In this document: piece after piece, positions 1 to 8,468 of the stretch | Position numbering within the stretch: position 1 is the first letter of the stretch | Layout: each line of letters begins with the position of its first letter | From: Anaerolineales bacterium | GTDB taxonomy: Bacteria > Chloroflexota > Anaerolineae > Anaerolineales > JBHHUI01 | Assembly (NCBI GenBank): GCA_965248775.1 | Contig: OZ252150.1 | Location: forward strand, 3,988,042-4,052,041 | Reading direction: 5' to 3' | Length of the DNA: 64,000 nucleotides | Notes under the pieces: model-generated | Told to the model about the DNA's origin: nothing | The model's database searches: none | What the model saw: only the letters and a program-made list of their open reading frames with translations | Translations under genes and position numbers: made by a program

Positions 1-63
1 AGTTTTTCTACATCCACACCGACGAGCGCTGCTGGGACGAGCCCGAAATAGGAGAGGGCAGAG

Positions 64-882
64 GGTAGTGGTTACATGGTAACTGATGGGGACCACGCTG
101 TATTGTAGTAATGGAGATACAACTTGAGTACAGCTTCATGGTAAACGTCGGACTTGGAGAAAGAAAGAGTTTTGCGCACGAAGCGAGCCAGTCTCTGGCG
201 CAAGGTGTTGTTCCAGCGTTCCACGTGAGATGTCTGGCCGCTTTCTTTGCCGACACTTTGGTGAGTGTCGTTTGGTAAAACCTTCTGGTAAGCGTGCCAG
301 AAGTCGCTGAAGGAGCAACACGCTTTGTAGGATGCTGGGATGGATTTCCATAACGCGCGACAACTTTTTTCACTGCGGTCGCCAATAAAATAGGCCACCA
401 CTTGGCGCGTGCGCCGACACAGCGCGACCCATATCCAACGTTTATCGTTTTTTGTGCGTACAAATGACCATAATTCATCCAATTCCAGCACATCATCCGT
501 TTTTACGGTTTCTAAAGTGTCAGCCAGGTTCGGCATAGCGCCGGCCTTCTCCAGAATCCAGCGTGCTAATGTCTGCCGCGCGATGCCAAAGATGCGCTCA
601 ATGCCGCGCATACTGGCTCGCTCTCGATAGGTGCGTAGGACAAATTCTCTGATGAACTCAGGATAAGAACGGCTTTGCGGTTCCAACATTCCATAAGCGG
701 CGCAATCGAGACAATGAAACTTCTGACCGCCTTTATAGTCTGTACCATTCTTGACAATGTTGAGGCTCCTGCACTTTGAACACTCATGCGTGATGACACT
801 CTGGATCATTTTGGCGCTCCTCTGTTTGGCAGGCCAACAACTTACTTTTTCCAGACTCATCAGTCAACATGTAACCACTACC
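64..882 (-). mobile_element. IS1-family insertion sequence (~819 bp). Terminal inverted repeats GGTAGTGGTTACATG at 64-78 and 868-882 (inverted). Flanked by an 8-bp direct repeat GGGCAGAG at 56-63 and 883-890.
   Basis: Perfect 15-bp IRs extend to ~25 bp and end in ACTGAT like the canonical IS1 IR. The 8-bp target-site duplication (TSD) is seen directly. The element encodes a single IS1-type transposase. Confidence 0.85.
72..860 (-). CDS. IS1 family transposase (fused InsAB-type, 262 aa)
   Basis: N-terminal Cys-rich zinc finger (HECSKCRS...HCLDCAAYG) and IS1 InsB-like DDE region (DELWSFV, RWIWVA). Confidence 0.85.
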   Translation of the reverse strand: MSLEKVSCWPAKQRSAKMIQSVITHECSKCRSLNIVKNGTDYKGGQKFHCLDCAAYGMLEPQSRSYPEFIREFVLRTYRERASMRGIERIFGIARQTLARWILEKAGAMPNLADTLETVKTDDVLELDELWSFVRTKNDKRWIWVALCRRTRQVVAYFIGDRSEKSCRALWKSIPASYKACCSFSDFWHAYQKVLPNDTHQSVGKESGQTSHVERWNNTLRQRLARFVRKTLSFSKSDVYHEAVLKLYLHYYNTAWSPSVTM

Positions 883-890
883 GGGCAGAG

Positions 891-1501
891 TAACGCCCAC
901 CAATATCGGGATCATTCAAGAAGGTGGCCCGAAAGTTGTGCTCGCTCGCGAGTTGCTCCAACTTGCTGTCGGGATCGGTAATAGCAATGAAGTGCGCGCC
1001 CGCCTGTTCCGTACCAACTTTGGCAAGCACGCGATTGTAGAAATGCTTGAAGAACGAAAGCGTTTCTACGGTGCCGCCGGATTTTGTTGCTACGATGGAG
1101 AGTGTCTTCTCCAGATCGAGCTGTGCGGCCCGCACGCGCACAGCATCCGGGTCGGTACTGTCGAGAATGGACAGGTCAAGATAGCCCGCCCGGACGTCGA
1201 AGGTCTTGCGGAAAACCTCCGGGGCGAGGCTCGATCCACCCATACCCAGTAGGAGTGCTTGCGTGTAGCCGTCGACGCGCACGGATTCCACCAGCGCCTC
1301 GACACGCTGCAGGTTGCCTAACATTAATTCGGGAGAGTTCAGCCAACCGAGACGGTTCGTGATCTCGTCTGGTTCGGGCTTCCACACCGTGTGGTCATAA
1401 TCCCTGATGCGAGCGACGATTCGGTTCGTATCTAGTTCAGCTTGTGCTTGCTGCACGATGTCTGCGAATTTGGCGAGGCTTGCATTGAATTTCATCGGCA
1501 T
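891..1501 (-). pseudogene. pgi: glucose-6-phosphate isomerase interrupted by IS1. N-terminal ~203 codons lie here; the reading frame continues beyond the IS at 1-55 and off the window start.
   Basis: SIS-domain motif LLLGMGGSSLAPE and ...DPDIGGRYSA at the junction. The complement of 1-63 continues SALSYFGLVPAALVGVD in frame, which is the expected PGI continuation. The TSD encodes the duplicated SA codons. Confidence 0.8.
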
Positions 1502-1719
1502 CTCAGTTTTGCTCTTAGCTAACAGTTAAAGATATTATGCCTAATGAAAACGAGAATAGACATCTTACTGCTCAAATCAAAACGCGCTGGTCACTTTAGC
1601 ATACATCGGGAACATCCTGTCCATGCAAAATCAGCCAACAAGTAAGATTCCGGGCGCTCGTTCTGTCAATAATATGAACCCGCTATCGAGCAGGTCACTC
1701 TTGAGGAGGTATATTTGAA

Positions 1720-2052
1720 ATGGCAAAGCCCGTAAATGTTTCTGACGCCGAATTTGAGAACACAGTTTTGAATTCAGACTTGCCGGTCATAGTGGACTTT
1801 TGGGCCCCCTGGTGCGGTCCGTGTCGCATGGTCGCACCGGTACTTGAGGAACTTGCCGCCGAGTTTGATGGCAAGCTCGTCGTCGCAAAAGTGAACACAG
1901 ACGATAATCCGGAGTGGGCAATGAAATACGGTGTGCAAGGCATCCCGACAATGCTCTTCGTGAAAGACGGTGAAGTGCAGGATCGCATTGTTGGCGCCGG
2001 CCCGGCTCCCATGATCCGTGAGCGCCTCGATGCCCTGATATCATTGAATTAA
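1720..2052 (+). CDS. trxA: thioredoxin
   Basis: WCGPC active site; 110 aa; RBS GAGGAGG at 1701-1707. Confidence 0.9.
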   Translation: MAKPVNVSDAEFENTVLNSDLPVIVDFWAPWCGPCRMVAPVLEELAAEFDGKLVVAKVNTDDNPEWAMKYGVQGIPTMLFVKDGEVQDRIVGAGPAPMIRERLDALISLN

Positions 2053-2082
2053 GTCTGAATAACACCCCACAACAGAAATACA

Positions 2083-2108
2083 GACCGCCCAATTAGGGCG
2101 GTCTTTTC
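2083..2108 (+). terminator. rho-independent terminator after trxA
   Basis: GACCGCCC-AATTA-GGGCGGTC stem-loop followed by TTTTC. Confidence 0.6.
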
Positions 2109-2286
2109 AATTCCCGCAAATACTTGCAATGCTCCGCCCATTGAGTTATTTCCTGAAAATTTGCTGATATTACTTGAAGACAACGGTTTCTTCACAATTC
2201 CAACATGAGTTCCCGCTATTCTGTGGGCATTTCGACAACAAACTCGAAAAAATACCCGGAAACGGGATTGAACTTGGAGGTTCAAG

Positions 2287-2991
2287 ATGAAGAAAAATAT
2301 GTTGTTTGTAACAATCGGTATCGTAGTTGCGTTGGTCGCGGCCCTGGGTGTGAGCGCAGTCTTTGCGCAATCCGACGGTGGCGAACGGCCGGACAGTGAA
2401 GTGAAAGACGCTATTCACGAGGCTGTGCACACAGCAATTGCGGATGCGCTCAATATGAGCGTGGAGGATCTTGAGGCCGCGAAAGAAGACGGCCAGCGCC
2501 TTCCCGAGATTGCTGAAGCGCAAGGCGTCGAGATCGAGACTGTCAAAGCAGCCGCCGAAGCAGCGAAAGAAGAAGCTGTCAACCAGGCTGTTGCAGACGG
2601 CACCCTGACGCAAGAACAAGCCGACCACATCCTGAGTGGCGAAGGTCGCGGTGGACGTGGCGGACGCAGTGGCAAGTTTGGCGGCAACTCGGAAGCTTTG
2701 GCTGATGCACTCGGCATGACCGTCGAAGAGCTACAGGCCGCGAAAGATGAGGGCCTTACACTAGAAGAGATTGCAGAGCAGCAGGGCACAACGATTGAAG
2801 ACGTGCGAGCCGCAATGCAGTCCGCAAAAGAAGAAGCCATCAACCAGGCTGTTGCAGACGGCACCCTGACGCAGGAACAGGCCGACAGCATCCTGAGTGG
2901 CGAAGGTCGCGGTGGACGTGGCGGACGTGGCTCCGGTAACGGCGCAGGCAACGGTCAGCCCACCTTCTTCTTAGGTGGACAGAACGCCTAG
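2287..2991 (+). CDS. secreted protein (signal peptide) with two ~87-aa tandem repeats, each ending in a GRGGRGGRG motif
   Basis: N-terminal hydrophobic signal. DNA 2581-2666 is nearly identical to 2842-2927, an internal tandem duplication. Confidence 0.6.
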   Translation: MKKNMLFVTIGIVVALVAALGVSAVFAQSDGGERPDSEVKDAIHEAVHTAIADALNMSVEDLEAAKEDGQRLPEIAEAQGVEIETVKAAAEAAKEEAVNQAVADGTLTQEQADHILSGEGRGGRGGRSGKFGGNSEALADALGMTVEELQAAKDEGLTLEEIAEQQGTTIEDVRAAMQSAKEEAINQAVADGTLTQEQADSILSGEGRGGRGGRGSGNGAGNGQPTFFLGGQNA

Positions 2992-3087
2992 CCTACTGAC
3001 TTTCCTCTCCCTATCCCCTTCCGGCGCGGCCAAAGTGGTCGCGCCGGATTGATTTAACCGACCGGGAAGATTTCCCGACCCGATCGG

Positions 3088-3516
3088 GTGCTACGCCTCA
3101 TGACAGGCACGTCTTTTTATCCGAAGATGACCCGCATGGAAACCACACGTACAACTTCGAATAACAGGCTAATCGCGGTACTCGCCGGCCTATCCTGGCT
3201 TGGCATGGTTATCCACAATTCCGTGGAGTTGCCGGATATGCCGTTTTACCGGCCGGAATATATCTTTCCGTCTTTGATCAGCTTGTTTCTCTTCCTGGGT
3301 TGGTGGAAGCAGCCCCATCAGCGAAGGTTGTGGGCGCGATTGCTGGTGGGGTGGTCCGCTCTACACCTCATCGGCGGTGCAATTCTTTCGGTCATTCCGT
3401 TGCCTATCTGGCCCTTCTATCCCGAACAATCAGCGAGTCACTACATATCCCATGTGATTTACGGAGTCGCGCAGTTGCCATTACTGTGGGTGCTTGGGAA
3501 AGGGATTCGAAAATGA
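3088..3516 (+). CDS. small hydrophobic membrane protein (hypothetical)
   Basis: ORF with 3-4 predicted TM segments; its stop overlaps the next gene start; no recognisable family. Confidence 0.35.
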   Translation: MLRLMTGTSFYPKMTRMETTRTTSNNRLIAVLAGLSWLGMVIHNSVELPDMPFYRPEYIFPSLISLFLFLGWWKQPHQRRLWARLLVGWSALHLIGGAILSVIPLPIWPFYPEQSASHYISHVIYGVAQLPLLWVLGKGIRK

Positions 3517-4499
3517 ACACTTTCATCTCGGTCACTCGACGCGGTATCATGCGCGTCGACAAAAGCGCAGGCGAATGGAAAGTTGAGCACCTGCTGCAGG
3601 AACACGTCATGGCATGCCTCGCAGCGGACCCCCATAACTCGAATGTGATTTACGCCGGATCGCACGACGCAGGTGTATTGCGCTCCGAAGACCGCGGCCA
3701 AAAATGGTCACCTAGCGGGCTGCAAGACCACATGATCAAATCGCTCGCAGTCAGCCCACACGATCCAAATGTCATCTTCGCAGGCTCTAAGCCGGCAATC
3801 ATGTTCCGTTCCGACGATGGGGGAAAGAATTGGCGCGAATTGGATGGCTTTAGGCGCATACCCAACCGCTGGTGGTGGTTTTCGCCTGCTGAGCCACCCG
3901 ACCGCCGCCCGTACGTCATGGCGATCGCACCGTCTCCCACCGAGCCGGACGTTCTGCTCGCCGGAGTTGAGCTTGGCGGTGTTATGCGCAGTGAAGACGC
4001 CGGCGAAACCTGGTCGCGCCACCTGCGTGGTGCGCTGCGCGACTGTCATTCGCTCAAGTTTCACAAGACGAATGGCGACTGGATATACCAAGCCGGCGGC
4101 TCTGGGGGCGGCGCGTCGCTTAGCCGCGACGGCGGGCGCACCTGGCGCAAGGCCGGGAAGGGCCTGGCTAAGCACTACGGCATCGTGTGCGGGGCCGATC
4201 CCGTCAAGCCTGAAGTTTGGTATGTGTGTGTCGGGAGCAGCCCGTTCAACGCGTTCGGTGCCAATCCCAAAGTCTATCTGTATCGCGCCAGCGGCGGCGC
4301 AGGCTGGCAACCGATCGGCTGGCAATCACATCCGCTCCCGGCGACGCCCACTGCGCTCACAACGCAAACCGACGCGCCGGGGCATCTGTATGCCGGCCTG
4401 GCGAATGGCGATGTGATGCACTCCGTCGACTACGGCGACACGTGGAAGCAGCTGCCGTTCAATCTAAAGAGCATCTGGTTTCATTTGATTGCCATCTAA
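3513..4499 (+). CDS. BNR/Asp-box repeat beta-propeller protein (Ycf48/sortilin-like glycosidase-like fold)
   Basis: Repeated S-x-D-x-G-x-T/K-W motifs (SEDRGQKW, SDDGGKNW, SEDAGETW, SRDGGRTW, VDYGDTW). ATG at 3513 is in frame within the longer 3300 ORF. Confidence 0.7.
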   Translation: MNTFISVTRRGIMRVDKSAGEWKVEHLLQEHVMACLAADPHNSNVIYAGSHDAGVLRSEDRGQKWSPSGLQDHMIKSLAVSPHDPNVIFAGSKPAIMFRSDDGGKNWRELDGFRRIPNRWWWFSPAEPPDRRPYVMAIAPSPTEPDVLLAGVELGGVMRSEDAGETWSRHLRGALRDCHSLKFHKTNGDWIYQAGGSGGGASLSRDGGRTWRKAGKGLAKHYGIVCGADPVKPEVWYVCVGSSPFNAFGANPKVYLYRASGGAGWQPIGWQSHPLPATPTALTTQTDAPGHLYAGLANGDVMHSVDYGDTWKQLPFNLKSIWFHLIAI

Positions 4500-4591
4500 T
4501 ATGGCCAATTCGGAGTTGCGTACGACCTGGCTTGTACTCTGCCTACCAAGTGTAATGAGCCTGGACAGGCTCGAACGTTCAACGAAAGGAA

Positions 4592-5206
4592 TTGAAAATG
4601 CTCGATTTGACCGTACCTACAACTACTTTCAATCCGGTTCAGACGGGCCGGATCGCCATCGCCATAGCCATCGCCGCATTGGTATCAATCATCACTCTTG
4701 CCTTGCTGTATTCGAATCTGCCCATTTTTGGGCCGATCAATGACGTCACCAACGCTGTGGGCGGCCTCCTTAGCGCCTTCTTGATCTGGCAGTTTCATGT
4801 CTTGCTCCGTGAGTACGCTCCGAGGACAGCAACCCTTTTCCTTTTGGTAGGCTGGGCTGGCTCGGCAGCCATCATTATCAATTCCCTGCTGGTAGCTTTT
4901 GGGCAGCTGCACTGGATGACCGGCGGGATGTATACGGCGATTGGTTTCGGTCTGCACGGCATCTGTCTGCTCGCCTTGCTCCGGCTGATCGGCCCCCAGC
5001 CCTTCCTGACTCCCGGGCTGGTACGGCTGGGTACCGTTGCAGCGGTCTCCATGTTGTTCGGTCTGCTGGCCGGCCCACTGCTGGCAGCTGGAACCAGCCT
5101 GACCGCAAGCCCGCTGGTCTGGGTGGCCTATCTGGGCGCGGGGGCGGGTTGGCTGCTCTATCCGGTCTGGTGTTTGCTGCTGGGGTGGAGGTTAGGAGCG
5201 GGCTGA
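4592..5206 (+). CDS. integral membrane protein (hypothetical, ~6 TM)
   Basis: Strongly hydrophobic ORF. It is flanked by two copies of the BNR-gene 3' segment. Confidence 0.5.
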   Translation: MKMLDLTVPTTTFNPVQTGRIAIAIAIAALVSIITLALLYSNLPIFGPINDVTNAVGGLLSAFLIWQFHVLLREYAPRTATLFLLVGWAGSAAIIINSLLVAFGQLHWMTGGMYTAIGFGLHGICLLALLRLIGPQPFLTPGLVRLGTVAAVSMLFGLLAGPLLAAGTSLTASPLVWVAYLGAGAGWLLYPVWCLLLGWRLGAG

Positions 5207-5398
5207 CAACCGATTGGGTGGGAAAAGCAGCCGCTGCTCGCTAAAGACTCTTCGCTCACAACGCTACCCGGTTCGCCGGGGCAACTGTATGCGGGCCTGA
5301 CGAACAGCGATGTGATGCACTCTGCCGACTACGGCGACACCTGGGAGCGGATGCCGTTCAATTTGAAGAGCATCTGGTTTTCGATGATCGTTTTGTGA
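5195..5398 (+). pseudogene. remnant 3' fragment (~67 codons) of a BNR-repeat paralog
   Basis: About 75-80% nucleotide identity to 4298-4499 (the end of the BNR gene). It keeps an open frame ...QLYAGLTNSDVMHSADYGDTWERMPFNLKSIWF with its own stop, but has no 5' part. Confidence 0.65.
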
Positions 5399-5418
5399 CC
5401 TGCTCAAGGAGAAACTAA

Positions 5419-6318
5419 ATGAAAAAAGTACTCAAGTGGATTGGAATCGGGTTAGGAACTATTGTCGGACTGCTAATCGTTGTAGTTGGCGTACTGATCG
5501 CCAGCGGTACATCCAGATTGAACAAGATTTACGATGTACAGCCGGCCGCCATCGCCGTTGCGGATGATGACGACGCCCTCGCCCGCAGGCAGTATCTTGT
5601 CTCGATTAATTGCACGGGCTGCCATGGCGAAAATCTGGCGGGCACACTGTTTTTCGAGGAGCCGGCGCTCGGGAACATTCCATCCGCCAATCTTACAGCC
5701 GGGCGGGGTGGCGTCGGCGAGAGCTACACAGACTCCGACTTCATACGTGCGATCCGCCACGGCGTACGGTCGGACGGGAAACCGATACTCATCATGCCTT
5801 CCGGTGCCTTTTATTACTACAGTGACGCAGACCTGGGGGCCATAATCGCGTACCTGCGGAGCATTTCCCCGGTGGACAACGACCTGGGCAAGCGAAACCT
5901 GAAGCCCATATCGCGGGTATTATTCGCGGTGGGCGCATTCGGCAACGCTCTGCAGGCTGAATCGATCGACCATGACGGACCGCGACCACCCACGCCATCG
6001 CAAGGCGTCAAGGTGGAATACGGCGAATACTTGGTCAACACGGGCGACTGCCGTGGCTGTCATGGCGAGCCTCTTTCCGGCGGGCAGTCGAGCGAACCCG
6101 GCGCGCCCTTCGCGCACAACCTGACCCCGGGCGGGGAGTTGGCTGGCTGGACGGATGCTGACTTCATTGCCGCAATGCACACTGGCCTCACACCGACGGG
6201 ACGAGAAATTGACGGCCGCTACATGCCGTGGGAGCACATCGGCCGCATGACGGATGATGATTTGACCGCAATATTCAAATATCTGGAAGCGCTACCAGCA
6301 CAGGAGACAACACAATGA
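5419..6318 (+). CDS. membrane-anchored dihaem c-type cytochrome
   Basis: N-terminal TM helix. Two CxxCH motifs (CTGCHGE, CRGCHGE). Confidence 0.8.
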   Translation: MKKVLKWIGIGLGTIVGLLIVVVGVLIASGTSRLNKIYDVQPAAIAVADDDDALARRQYLVSINCTGCHGENLAGTLFFEEPALGNIPSANLTAGRGGVGESYTDSDFIRAIRHGVRSDGKPILIMPSGAFYYYSDADLGAIIAYLRSISPVDNDLGKRNLKPISRVLFAVGAFGNALQAESIDHDGPRPPTPSQGVKVEYGEYLVNTGDCRGCHGEPLSGGQSSEPGAPFAHNLTPGGELAGWTDADFIAAMHTGLTPTGREIDGRYMPWEHIGRMTDDDLTAIFKYLEALPAQETTQ

Positions 6319-6971
6319 ACAGTCGAACTCTCTTTAAACTTGGCGCGGCGGGCGGCATCTTGTACCCCGTGCTTCATATGGTTGCACAGAGTCTGATTCA
6401 AGTCGGTGGCATGGAACCTTCCTTTACAGCCCCAGCAGACGAGACACTCGCGTTCTTCGCAACCCGCGATCCCACCTTATTCAACCTTGGCGGCTATCTG
6501 TCAACAGTGACCATCATCCCGTATATCTGGTTCCTCGGGGTTTTGTGGTCGGCTCTGCGCCGCGCCGAAGGGGAGCCGGGCTGGCTCTCGCTATCAGCGT
6601 TCGGTTCCGGTCTGATTGTGCCGGCTACCTGGCTCATTGGTGGATGGGGACTCGCAATGTTCCGCCTTGAAGATGGACTCGATCCGCAGATCGCACAATT
6701 GCTCTTCGATCAAGGTAATTTCGGCTTCGCCAGCAGCTGGGTGTTTTTGGCCAGTATGGTGCTGGCGACGGGGGTGATTACAATTCGAGCAACCCTATTC
6801 CCGCGCTGGTACGGTTGGGTCAGTGTCTTAATCGCTATCGGGCTGCTGGTTGGGCGCGCCGGTTGGACGACGCAGGCGGCATTCGGGCCGTACGTACTCT
6901 ACTGGGTCTGGCTCATCGTAACCAGTATCCTATTGATACGCCGGGCTGACACTTTGCAGTCGACAAACTGA
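6315..6971 (+). CDS. integral membrane protein (hypothetical)
   Basis: Hydrophobic ORF translationally coupled to the cytochrome gene (ATGA overlap). Confidence 0.5.
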   Translation: MNSRTLFKLGAAGGILYPVLHMVAQSLIQVGGMEPSFTAPADETLAFFATRDPTLFNLGGYLSTVTIIPYIWFLGVLWSALRRAEGEPGWLSLSAFGSGLIVPATWLIGGWGLAMFRLEDGLDPQIAQLLFDQGNFGFASSWVFLASMVLATGVITIRATLFPRWYGWVSVLIAIGLLVGRAGWTTQAAFGPYVLYWVWLIVTSILLIRRADTLQSTN

Positions 6972-7027
6972 GCGCTGCCGAGTTGATCAAGTTCTTGACC
7001 CAGACACAGTTCTTCAGGAGGGACAAA

Positions 7028-7498
7028 ATGAACACTTCCACTTTCATCCGCTGGAGCGGACTCGCTGCCATTTTGAGCGGAATACTAAGCCTCCTGTTGG
7101 GAGGCGACAGCATCCCCGACTGGCTCTACCTGGCCAGCACAATTCTTACAATCGTAGCCTTGATCGGAATCTATTTGTACCTGCGCGCGGGGGCCGGCGT
7201 GTGGGGTCTGCTGGGCTTTATCGTCGCTCTGCTTGGAAACGTGTTGTTGTTTTTCATCGATGATTTCACCATCGGGGGTGGGGTGTACGCATTGAGATTG
7301 ATCCTGCTGGCAGTCGGCGCACTCCAGGCGAATCGGTTTGCGGCCTGGGTCCCATGGATGTGGATCATAGCCCCTGTGATCGGCGTTCCGGGCTTGTTCT
7401 TATCTTCGCTCGCCGATGTACTCCTCCTCCTGGGAAGCATTGCTTTCGCAGCCGGATTCATCGGCGCAGGCTGGCATCTTTGGCAGAAGGTCAAGTAG
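7028..7498 (+). CDS. integral membrane protein (hypothetical)
   Basis: RBS-like AGGAGGG lies 6 nt upstream of ATG 7028. The N-terminus is similar to that of the preceding membrane protein (MNTSTF vs MNSRTL). Confidence 0.5.
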   Translation: MNTSTFIRWSGLAAILSGILSLLLGGDSIPDWLYLASTILTIVALIGIYLYLRAGAGVWGLLGFIVALLGNVLLFFIDDFTIGGGVYALRLILLAVGALQANRFAAWVPWMWIIAPVIGVPGLFLSSLADVLLLLGSIAFAAGFIGAGWHLWQKVK

Positions 7499-7618
7499 CG
7501 CGCACAATTTGTGGATGTTGGAACTGATGCTGGCCGAAGCGTGGATGACATTCAATTGCACATCTGATTATTTTCGACACCGGCATCACATTTGTCCGAC
7601 AATTCCAGGTGACATGCT

Positions 7619-8272
7619 GTGAACCGAATCGCCATACGAAGCGCACTCGCCACTGTGCTCACCCTTTTCGGCGGACTGCTGCTCGGGTTGCTGGCGGGCA
7701 GCCTGACATTTGAGCTGATCCCCAGCAGCAGCGTGGACGACCCACAACTCGGGCACGCAGCGATCGCCGCCGTGCCGGCGCTGGCCGGTTTCCTGGCGGG
7801 CGGGGCAGCCTGGGGTGTGCAAATTGGGCGGCTGGCAGGCGCAGACGATAGCCGCCGGATGGCGTGGGCCGGCCTGCTCGGATTTGGGCCAATTACAATC
7901 GCGCTGGCCTTGCTGCTCGGCCTCGCGGAGCCGACGCTGGTCGAACAACTGGGCGCCGCCGGGCAGCCGATTCATCGTGTGTTCACGCTGCTCTTTACGC
8001 CGTCCGCTTTCTTGATCGCCGGTGTGAGCGTCTGGGCGTTAGGGCGAGGATTGCGCCAACCGGTGCTGGCGCGGGCGCTCTTCTGGAGAGTGGGTTTGGC
8101 GGCTGCGATTACCTTCCTGGTCGTCAACCTGACCATGGAGGCCGCCGGCTGGGTAGTCGGCGCGCCGGGCGCTGCTCAACGCGCGACGATGCTGGTAGTC
8201 ATGTTCTCCAGCAACCTGGCGGCAGCGCTGGTAGGAGGTGGGATGGTCGGGTGGCTGCTTACTCGGAGGTAA
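7619..8272 (+). CDS. integral membrane protein (hypothetical, Ala/Gly/Leu-rich)
   Basis: Long hydrophobic ORF; weak start assignment. Confidence 0.4.
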   Translation: MNRIAIRSALATVLTLFGGLLLGLLAGSLTFELIPSSSVDDPQLGHAAIAAVPALAGFLAGGAAWGVQIGRLAGADDSRRMAWAGLLGFGPITIALALLLGLAEPTLVEQLGAAGQPIHRVFTLLFTPSAFLIAGVSVWALGRGLRQPVLARALFWRVGLAAAITFLVVNLTMEAAGWVVGAPGAAQRATMLVVMFSSNLAAALVGGGMVGWLLTRR

Positions 8273-8284
8273 AATAGGCATGCA

Positions 8285-8468
8285 ATGAATCAATTCGCTC
8301 CGACCTTTGCAGCTGACTCAAGCCGGATCGATGCATCCTTACCCAGGCTGGCAGGCAGCTGGCTGCGGGCTGCACGGACTGTGTGGATCGTGCTGGCATT
8401 GGGAGCGATCATCATTCTGGTAGCCTCACTTCCTGGATACGGTCTCAAACTCAGCGGCCAACTAAATC
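8285..8468 (+). pseudogene. 5' fragment (61 codons) of a sensor histidine kinase gene, severed by IS4 insertion
   Basis: The frame is restored exactly with 9952-11892 if the IS plus one TSD copy (1493 bp) is removed. Confidence 0.75.

Noticed and set aside
8-496. 162-aa and 75-aa ORFs antisense to or overlapping the IS1 transposase
   Set aside because: Shadow ORFs of the IS1 gene with no protein-like composition. The true coding signal belongs to the minus-strand transposase and to the pgi tail.
2415-2951. 178-aa Pro/Arg/Ser-rich ORF antisense to the secreted repeat protein
   Set aside because: Typical GC-rich antisense artefact; its repeats mirror the sense-strand tandem duplication.
3708-4416. 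205-aa (-) and 215-aa (+) ORFs overlapping the BNR gene
   Set aside because: Low-complexity Arg/Ala-rich translations nested in a well-supported BNR-repeat gene.
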